A stretch of DNA of 64,000 nucleotides from Nageia nagi. Its lineage: Eukaryota; Plantae; Pinophyta. Positions within the stretch are counted from its first letter, which is position 1, and the number at the start of each line of letters is the position of its first letter. Below the pieces are notes generated by a model. It did no database searches. It worked only from the letters and a program-made list of their open reading frames with translations, and was not told the origin of the DNA. The position numbers and the translations under genes are program-made. The stretch covers positions 141,608,001 to 141,672,000 of the forward strand of contig JBITNC010000001.1 in NCBI GenBank assembly GCA_050084985.1. The letters run 5' to 3'. Shown here one piece after another: positions 53,962-64,000 of the stretch.

Positions 53962-55390
53962 TGTTTCTTTACAAGACTTGAGCATATCCATGTCTTACAA
54001 ATGGAATCATCTTTTCTTCTTGTTTTCAGTTTTGAAATGTGATTCAATTAGTCCGTTAAAGGAAAACGAAAATGATAATGTTTGGGTGGATTCAGCATAT
54101 CAATGCTGTTATATAAAACTAAAACGATATTTCTTTTGCCCACAACCTGTGAAAGATTATGCGCACATTTCGTGTAGCCTGTAAGAGACTACTATCTTGT
54201 TTGGGTCTCCGTGAAGAAATAGCTTAACAAATATATGTTTAACCATGTCAATTCTGAAGTATTTTACTTCAATTCCCATTCTTTGAATGTCAAATAGTTT
54301 ATTCCAGTGTGTTTAAATGTTTCCACATATAAGATAAACATACATGAACGGATGTATCTATTAGTCTCGATGTTTTCTTTCATGTGTATCGTGGTTCTTT
54401 TACATTAGATTTATAATTATTTAGGTCACGTAACAAGTTATGTTATAAATAGTTATTTATTTGATATTTTAAAAATATTATTCAATTAATTTATATAATA
54501 TCTATAGTCATTTTTCATTTTTAAGATGTAATAAATAATTTTTTTGTACATGGATCTTCGTTAATAGAATGTTGATATTTTTAAGATAAATAGAGATTGA
54601 AACAATTTATTAAATTGAAATATATTACAAGAAGGATTTATGCGATAATTAATATTAACAAACTATTTATCAATTTATTATTCAAGGAATAGATAAAATT
54701 TCATGATATCATTCTTATTCAAGATAACAACTTTAATGCATTATATGATCAATTGATGGAAACAACTAAAAATAATATTGGGTAGATATAATTATAATAA
54801 TAGCACCAAAGTTAAAACACCAACATTGGAGTTATAATATTAGTAATTATAAGGATATAAAGTGCACATAACTTGATAAAAACTTGTATGGTTTGATTCT
54901 ATATCGAAAGTGATTTCAAATAGTGTATAGAATAAAAATGTTGTAATAAAATATGATTTATAGATCTTCTAGAAGTTGGCAATAGTGTCTAGAAAAAATG
55001 GAGGGATAAAAAGAAAATTTGCATAAATATGGATGATATAAAATGGTCTTTTAGATTCTAAATAATCTTACAAGTGTTAAAAAAATTTCCTCATAAAATT
55101 TTAATGATATGGAAAACTAATTTGATATTTATAAGAGAGAAATTGATAATGTAATACTTTATTTCATGGTTCAAGAATTCTAATAGTCATGGTGGCTCTT
55201 TAATTCTTATGCAAAATTTTAATCTTTTTCAAATGTATGAGAAAATTTTTGATTTTTGTATCTCATCTAGCATAAATCTACAACATATTCCACCTTGATG
55301 TTAAGTGGTATAATAAGCTTATCTCAATCTCAAAAAATTCTTTTTAGTGATTCTTTTCATGAATAAGTCTGCAAGTTGTTGCTTACTATT

Positions 55391-58300
55391 TTTTTAGATA
55401 AGGGTAAAAAATATTTACATAAGGTTTTCCAAGAAATAGGGTCATAAAACCTATATATACATGATAGTATAGATATTCTATAGTATTATATTTGAGTCAA
55501 AAAGCTATCACAAAGTTTCCCTATAGTTAAACAAAAAGCTATAGGCTATGGACTATCATCTTTTTTCACTAGCTCCTCATTGCACCAACCATACATTGAC
55601 TACAGTACTAAGCTCCAATCAACTTCAAAGTTTGAGTCTTTCTTGTTGAAATTGTCCTAGAGAAGTTCCATTTACATATTTGTTAGTCCTTCCAAATTTG
55701 GGATTGGGATGACCATGGGGATTTTTTTCTTATGAGAATCTAGAGTCACCTTCCACCTATCCCTACCAAGCTTCTATATATTGGACCACAAGTATTGAAT
55801 AGCCTTCATTTCCTGTATGACTAAACAAATATTTCTCCATTATTTTTCTCTCCTTCCAATTCATTCCCATTCAAAAACATGTCTAAGTTTCTTGTATACT
55901 TTCTTGAATCTCATTTTAGGGACGATAGTTTGTAACTTACTAGGGCTAGCAAGATCCTTCCTAGAGTAATTATTTTTAGGAACCTATTCCTCTTAGGGGG
56001 GTTGAGGATCCTCTACCTCATCCTCATTTAGCTGGCTTTGGTTTCCCAAAGGAGAGTTAACATCCATATTTTTATATCCAATTTTTAGGGGCAACCACTA
56101 CATGTCATCTGATTCTTTTGGAGGAGCCCAATGGTCTTTAGATATATCCTCCATTAGCTAACATGTGGGTTTCTTAGGGAAATTCTCCTCCATATCCTTT
56201 ATTCTTATAGCATCAGGGGATTCCAATAGTTCTTCCTTTTTTTCTTTCTCAACCTCCATCTCATCTTCTTTTATATCTTCATCTTCTTTTGTATCTTCAT
56301 CCAACTCTTGATTATCTCCAAATTCCTCCAAAACATTTCCCCTTATCCTAGATATAGCTTCATTATCACCATCATCTAATACTAAGTCCTTTGAGTCTAA
56401 AGAGACTATAATAATAGGAGAGATGCTAGGCTCCTTGGTTGGGTGAAGTATTAGTTGTGAGCCACTACTAAAGGAATCTAAGTCTACCAAAAGAGGTTCA
56501 AGAATGTATTGAGACATGGGTCTCATCCTTCTTTCCTTTGTCTACTCAAAATCCACCAAGATTTTTATTAATCCTTAGTGCAATAGAATTTCTCTCTTAT
56601 GCTTTCTAAAATATGCATCAATTGAATTATATAGAAAGTAGGGGCCATTGTTCCTATATGTTCTTGTAAAATGATTTAGCAAAACAAAGTAAACCCTAAA
56701 TAGTTCATTGTATCTACCTTCTATAGTGAATAGTTTCACAATGAATTTCACCACCTCATTCCAAGGATATCTAATAGATGCAATTGGGTAGGCTAATTTC
56801 TTTATCTTTGAAAGATGTACCCCTTTCCTATAGAATGTATACACTTTAAAAACCAAAGCCCTCATTTCCTGATGTACCTATAGCTTGAATTGACCATCCC
56901 CATAGCCTCTTTAATCAATTCAAGGTTAATTAAAAAACATCACCCATCTACCATGATACTTCCTCCATTCCAAGAAGTTGCAACCTAACTTGACTAGTTA
57001 GTATTGTGGCCATTCAGGGCATCTATGAATCCATCTATACCCCCATTTTATAAGATATGCTAGACTACTTAGTCCCTCCTAATTTCTTTCCCTATAACTA
57101 CTTATAAATGGTTTTATCTTATCATCCTTTATGTATGCAACCAGAATGTAGAGTGGCTATGGGTGTTCCATTCTAATAAGTAAATTATAGGTTTCCATTC
57201 TAGAAAACAAATGTAGGCTCTCCACCTATGCTCATAATCAATGACCAATATCTACTCAATCCATGGCATTTGTATGAAGAGAGGGCATGCCATTACTACA
57301 CATGCACTCCTCTAGGCTTTTCTTCTATCATTCACATCATCATGTTAATGCCTTTCTTACCCACCCACCCTACATGTATTTGAATCTTGCACTTCATCTT
57401 TATAGATAAGCTTCAAGTTCTCATGTGCCATATAATGAATTTTTCTTATCAATCTTTTCATTGTAATCATTTTCTCTTGTAATATTCATCTATTTCTTTC
57501 CTTCCAGATTTCCCAAAGCATATGGGGGAGTTTCATAGCCCATATTCATTTTTCCTCTTTACTAAGAATATTAGGATACCATTTAGAAATTAACTTAGTG
57601 ATATCAATACCAAACTTGAATCTCTTCTCTCCTAGGATTCCACTCAAAACTTCATGTGTAAGGGAATAATTGGCATAAATGATCAATTGATTCTTCCATT
57701 TTGTAACATAGAGAGCATATATTGTAAAGAATTTATCCTCTCTTCCTTAAATTGTTAATAGTAAAATTTTGGTTCCTAAAGACTAGCCATAAGAAATGGG
57801 TTACCTTAGGAGTAACACCTTTTAGCCATACATTCTTAATAGGAAATTCATTTATATCTTCCACTAGGAGGGAGCAGTATCCAAACATTACTAACTATAT
57901 ACCTCCTTTTCTTGGTTTCCACATTGGGATGTATGGCTTATAATCAAGAGGTAAAGGTGCTGAGACTAACATATTGTTGACTATTTTTGCAACAATGGCT
58001 AGATCTTATCTTGGGGATTAAAGAATGCTCCATGCTCTTTACCTATTGCTATCATCCATATAACATTAGGCTTCCCAACCCACATTGTTCCTTTCCCATA
58101 TAGCTAAATCAATTAACTTTGAAACTTGTATGAGGGGTTTTTTATCAATCCATTTATCTTGCTAAAATTGTACATCTTGATCATTGCCAATGCTCCAAGA
58201 GACATTCTCCTTCAAGAAGTACCTGATTTTGGAGATTTCCTTCCAAAAAGTTGATCCTTTCCTATTCAAGTCATTCTAAATGAAGTTTAATCCTTCCAAT

Positions 58301-58706
58301 AGGTATTTATTCTAGTATATGTTTATACATTTTCTTTCCTCCCATGTTCTCACCTTCCTGCCAACTTCCCCTATAATGCTATATTACATTATTGCAAACT
58401 ACAGAGTCCTAGTCCTCCTTGTGACTTTAGTTTGCAAACTTTAATCCAACTTACTTGGGAAATTCTCTTTTTCTCCTCCATTATTATCTAGAGGAATCTA
58501 TTATATATTTTATCAATTTAGTCACATATGCTTACTAGTATTTGAAATACTAAAGCATAGTAGACTTGCATGCTTTTAAGTATTACTTTCACTAAGAGAC
58601 ATTTTTTCAACTATAGATAAAGTTGCCCCCTTTCATCTTGCAAGTTTCTTCTAGAACCTCTCAATCAAAGGCAGTCATAGGTTTTTTTTTATATGGTCCA
58701 ACAAAT
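55391..58706 (-). mobile_element. 5'-truncated L1-type LINE with extra 3' ORF, poly(A) tail and 18-bp TSD
   Basis: AAGTTGTTGCTTACTATT at 55373-55390 and 58707-58724; T-run 55389-55395; ORF2 C-half at 57400-58706 (LFVGPYKKN, KKLAR*KG, VSWIKVCKLKSQGGLGL, VSWSIGND...DKWID, zf-RVT-like EESIDHL). Confidence 0.92.
55550..57135 (-). pseudogene. ORF-X (copy B): LINE-borne ORF of unknown function, ~500 codons, disrupted
   Basis: NGGIDGFIDALNGHN...SWNGGSIMVDG*CFLINLELIKEAMG; ORF 56575..56865 PWNEVVKFIVKLFTIEGRY...LLNHF...PYFLYNSID; H*GLIKILVD; acidic tract in ORF 56158..56526. Confidence 0.75.
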
Positions 58707-61700
58707 AAGTTGTTGCTTACTATTGTAGTACATTAAATTTACAATATTCATATCTAAGATATCGTTATAAAATAAAATTTCAAATGGAGATGTTTAGATA
58801 TACTATAGTGGGTTATACTATTAATAATTTTGATTACACATGTTTTATCATGAAAATTCTTCATTATATTTTCCAATAACACATCCTTCACACAAGCACT
58901 TATGCTCTCAAACATTAGGTAGTCTATTTACTAAGTCTTATGAAGATAAAAAAAAAATGAACATTTGAAATTCAAGACATAAAGTCTAATACACTAAAGT
59001 GAATTCTTATCTTCAAGTATCATGTGTACCAAGCTCATATACATTTTTCTTCTAAAATTCAAAGGGAGCATCTAGTTCTTTGACATAAAAATAATTATTA
59101 CCAAATAATTTGTATGATTCCTTTCATAAATTATAAATTAATTATTATCAAATATAACCTTGTAGGTATTTTCTATAAATTATCCTATACTTTATAAATT
59201 ATTATTCAAATAAGATCATAGTGAATATCATGGATTTTCTCCATGCAGGTTATTTATTACCAAAGTTTATTATATATTTTGGAACCACATATAAATTATC
59301 ATTATTTCCAAGTATAATCTTGGTTCTAAAAATTTAATTCACCATAGAAAATAAGTTTTTCATTCCAATCATGTGGCTAGAAAAATTGGAATCTAGGTAT
59401 CAAACTTATTGATTAGTTTTTTGTAATTATGTGACTAGTTAGAAATAAACTACCTTATACCACATGTGCATATTCATCCTCGTGTATATAGTGGCTATTA
59501 TATTTCCATTTATGGTCTTCACTCTAAAATCTAATATTATTTTTCCACTTCTACTATAATTTTAGTATTTAAATCTTCTTTGTTAAATCCTTTAACATCC
59601 TCTTTAGATAATAATAATTACACTTCCTCTTACTCTTCTACTTCTTTTACAATTTTAATTTATTTCTCTTCCTTATACCTTTCCACATAGAAATTTTCAA
59701 CTTATAAATAAAATTATTTTCATCATTTTCTCTAAAGGTTTCTCTTGGTATTTTCTCATATTGAATAAGAGAACCAACTAGGTAATCAAAATTAAGTTTA
59801 GAAAATATTTATACTCATCAATAATTTGTACAATATGATTCCATGTAGGGGTAATATATATAAATAATTCTTGAAAAATACATATTTTTTCAATGTCTCT
59901 CTAAGGGTGGCCATCTTCTTCACCACATCCTTCACTCAAATAATAATAACTTACATTATGAACCTCTTTCAATATAAAATTCTTAAAGTTTTCTTAAGGG
60001 TATGTTACTTGACTATTAGCAATTGATTGCTTCCTTTGTAAGCTTGTTAAAAATACTTTCAAGCCTCTTTGGTTTAGGTGTTAATAAAAATAGATGGAAA
60101 TAAACTTTTATCAATGCTATAATGAATATGGTATAGGGCTAATGAATTCGTTTTTTTTTTTAATTTCTTTTATCCTATTTGCTCCTTATAATATTGTAAA
60201 ATCAAGTATCTCTCCTCATAACCACTATGTACTAATTTTATAAAACTATTATCTAATAAATAAGGTCATAATCTATATACTATAATATTTATAATATTAT
60301 TTATTAAATTTTATAATGGGTAATGAGCTGATGAAGTTGATCATTAGAATTAAGCAATAATAGATGCATTTTTCACTCAATTAACTTGTCAAACAAGTTA
60401 ATCAATTATATTAGAAAACCATATAATTAAATTTTTCCAAAACTAAAAAAAAAAAATCTATATTAATAAAATAAAAAATAATTTACACTAATTATAGTTA
60501 TGGAATTATAACTAAAGAATCATATCTATAATAGCAGCATAACATTTATAATTGTAAACATTAAAATTTGATTTTAATAAATTTAAAATATCTACTTAAA
60601 ATAATAAAATTATAAATTATATATGGAGTAATAAAACAACTAATTCACTAACTAGGTCATAGATGAAAATTTTTAATAAATAATAATACAACTTAATGAA
60701 CTAGACCTTACACTCATCAAATATGAATTATAAATGAATAAAGAAAGCTATATTATTTATCTAATTAGAATAAATAAATCTATATTTAGCTTGAAATGGT
60801 TCATAATGAACTTCACTTAATTTTGGACTTTTATTATTTGTTATTTTGATGTATTTTCACACTATATATAAATATGGAATCATATGATAGTATGATATTC
60901 CATTAGACATACAATTCAAATTCAAGATAATTATCCTATTCACCAATAAGAAATACTAATCTTGAGATGAATATAAATTTTTTATGGTAGTGATATGAAT
61001 AGGGTACAAATTTAGACTTGATATGTTGTGATAAGAATCACTCGTTGCATCCAATAATGAGAATTATAGAATGTATAGATTATAATATATTAAGGTTTGA
61101 TTCTTCTTATGTCAAATAGATATTTCTTCTTTCATAGATGACTTATCTCCTTGCCAATATACCTCACTTAGCATTGTTTGTACCTTTCAATATAAAATAA
61201 AGAAGTTAGAGAATAATGTATATTAGATGAATCAATAGGATAATATTTCAAATATATAAATAAGGTACATAAATAAATTATTTATTTTGTAAATGTAAAA
61301 TATAACTTTTAATAAATTAAGAATTAAATTTAGAAGCCTATAGATGCTCCTCTATGAGTATATTTTTGTGTAACTAACTACATAATCCAATAAAGAAGAT
61401 AAAAAATTAAAATAATCATGGACTTTTGAAGGGAACCAATGCAAAAAAATACATATAATGCCATAAAAGTTTTACTAGACACATATTATAACCTAAATAT
61501 TATTAGCAAAAAGTATATCATAACATCATCATCACAGCATACAATAATCATCAATTGCTTAATACTTAATAATTAAAGGGATTGGAATAATAAAACAACC
61601 ATCAAGTTCTTAAAGACTAAAGAATCAAATGAGAATAAAACAATATAAACCCATCAAGTAGTTAATTATCCAAGCATACTAGTTATTTTATTTCTATGGT

Positions 61701-62872
61701 TACTCTTCACTAAGTACCATATAGTTTGGACAATCATGGGGTTATCATGATCAATAATATTCACTCAATTACCATAAGTAAGGGTAAATTTTAAGACCCC
61801 TCTCTAAAATCTTGGTGAAAATACAAGAAACCTAATTAGAAATGATGGTAACAATTTAAAAATTATGTAAATTTGTAAGAAACTTTTATATAAATTATAA
61901 AAAAATGTAAAATATTAGTAAAATATTTGTGAACTAGGGTAAATTTAAAAAACCAAGGTCCAATGTTTTACTTTTATATTAAAATTTTATATATACATTG
62001 AATAATTGAAAATTGGGTATAGGGTAGTTGTTTCCACCATGGAAAATGTTTCCTAGATGTGCTTAAGATTTATGAAATCGTAGTGTAAGGAAAAAGTGGA
62101 AAAATTCTATCCTTAGATTATTTTTTCCACCATGAAAGATGTCTCCTCTATATTGTTGAAGTCATGGGAATTAAGGAACTTATTTCTCCTAAAATTTGTA
62201 TAAGGGAACATCAAGAACACACTAGTAGGGAAAAGTCTTCAAATATTAAACATTTTTTTATTTAGAATAGTATTTTAAAGGGAATATGGACTTTATTATG
62301 TAGTAAATTAATAAATTAAAGAGAATAAAATATATAATATGTTACATGATCATAAAAGTTTGACTTGAGAAGAGAAATAACTATAAAAATATTACCTAAT
62401 GGCCATATCTAAACAACATTTAGAAACATCCATAGATTATGTATAAAAATAATTCTTGCTATTTTGGATAGTTTTTCAAGTTATTTTTAATCATCATTTA
62501 AAACACTATTCCTAAACAAGTTGAAAAGATACAACTAATTCTCTTTTTTGAGCAATTTGTTTTAAACTCTAATTCGTAGTATTGCATGTTAGATTATTAG
62601 ATTTGATTCAAGAAACTACACTAACACATGAAAATAACTACAATTATAGAGAAAGTAATTGGTATAGGAAATCAAGAACTAGAAAGGAATATATTAAAAT
62701 GAAATGTAGCTATTTTATAGAATATTTTCATGTAGGACTTGTAATACAAATTGAAAAATAAGTAAATATTTTAGAGTAGATAAGATATTTTGTATTTGCA
62801 AGAAATATTTCATATATGGAAGAGATGTTTCACTTTTTTTGTATTTGTAAACAATCTAGAAAAAATTATCTA

Positions 62873-63410
62873 CAATTGATTTACCATACACACATGGAAC
62901 CAAATTGACACTAAACACACATGGAACTGTCTTGGCACCACACAAGTTCTATTTGTATCTATAGTTAGAATGATACATATACATGTAACCAACTTGACAA
63001 CACCATACATACATGTAACTGAATGGGTACAATATACACATATAATTATATCAACACCATACACATATGCAATTTACTTAATTCCATATAGAAACCTTAT
63101 ATTTGCAATCAATCCATTACCATAAACACATGCAACAAATTTGATGCCATATACATATGTAACAAGATCAATATCATACACCATATACACATGTAACTGA
63201 CTCAACCTCACATAAATTCCTTATATTTGCAACTAATCTAGTACCTTTTAGGCATTCAATTGGCCCATAAATATATACACATGCAACTGGATCAACACTA
63301 TAACCCATAGACATAAGTAATTGACTCAACATTACAACATACTACAACCGATCCAGTAACATATAGTCATGCAACTAGTTTGGTGCCATTTCAACCATGC
63401 AATTGAATCA
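62873..63410. repeat. Degenerate tandem array, ~27-bp unit (core ACCATAYACAYATGYAAC), roughly 20 units
   Basis: Repeated CCATACACACATGGAAC, CCATACATACATGTAAC, CCATAAACACATGCAAC, CCATATACACATGTAAC, etc. Confidence 0.85.
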
Positions 63411-64000
63411 ATAAAATATTACATTAAATGTTACTTGTACTACATTGATACATCAATAAAACATGTTCAAAAAACTAATTTATTATTAAAGAAACATCTA
63501 TAAATACATTTTTAATGTTCAAAGTAGTCATTATTAGACTAAAATAAAGAGAAAATAGAGTACAGTTCATAGAGAGAATAGAGCATAGGTAAAACTAAAG
63601 GAATTTATTTATTCACAAATTTTTAATGTTTTAAGAATTTTATTTTGAACATATGTAAAATTATAATTTGATGTAAAGTACTAAAAGGGGTGCATATTTT
63701 CAAATTATTTCTATCACATGCACACCATCCACTACAAATTACAATGTATTCATTAAGACTTTAACATCTCATGTACTTCTCCTACTACAATCACCAAAAT
63801 TGTTGATAGATCCTTAACATGGGCATGGTCATCATCCCACTTTAGCGATGCAATAATCCACCACCCAAAATGTTCATACAATGACCTAGTGAATACTTTT
63901 AATATACTCTAATGCATATTATATTGAATTTTACAATGCTCTATTGATAGGCCATTTCTTCTCCTTAACAATGTACTTTCCCATACTATACCAAGGAATT

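Larger units (their letters stand above)
54900..60370 (-). mobile_element. Internally deleted Ty1/copia element, interrupted in RNase H by the LINE at 55391-58706
   Basis: gag LNFDYLVGSLIQYE (~59780); pre-integrase region ~58880-59350; RNase H SKHLHLKFYFI...NLMYYNSKQQL (58707-58800) resuming as SKQQLADLFMK (55390-55355); PPT CAAGGTGGAATA then LTR start TGTTG at 55285. Outer limits approximate. Confidence 0.8.

Noticed and set aside
53921-54184. 87-aa ORF downstream of copy 2
   Set aside because: Spans the predicted intron end and 3'UTR; its similarity to the copy 1 tail reflects DNA homology, not an independent gene.
55396-55550. Initially read as continuation of copia RNase H
   Set aside because: The 18-bp TSD shows the RNase H continues at 58707; this stretch is the LINE 3'UTR.
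62873-63410. CRISPR-like repeat-spacer appearance
   Set aside because: Eukaryotic TE context, degenerate repeats, very short related linkers, no cas genes.

Overview
AT-rich eukaryotic (plant-type) intergenic DNA made mostly of old, nested, stop-riddled retroelements: Ty1/copia, Ty3/gypsy (Tat clade), L1-type LINEs, a short non-autonomous LTR element and a CACTA-like insert. These repeats are almost devoid of CpG and show pervasive C>T/G>A decay. This suggests a large, heavily methylated seed-plant genome, probably a gymnosperm (inference only). The only host genes are two divergent, intronless-CDS paralogues of the N-terminal acetyltransferase catalytic subunit NAA10/ARD1, at 9443 and 53270. 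They lie about 44 kb apart in the same orientation, each in a small CpG-retaining island. Copy 1 has lost its last 17 codons and reads into former 3'UTR. The most unusual structure is a 5'-truncated L1 (55391-58706, minus strand) bounded by a perfect 18-bp target-site duplication and a poly(A) tail. It carries a long extra ORF downstream of ORF2 inside the retrotransposed unit, and a second, independent remnant of the same ORF family lies at about 31.7-33.3 kb. All alignments and translations outside the supplied ORF track were done by eye; boundaries not anchored by a TSD or LTR end are approximate.
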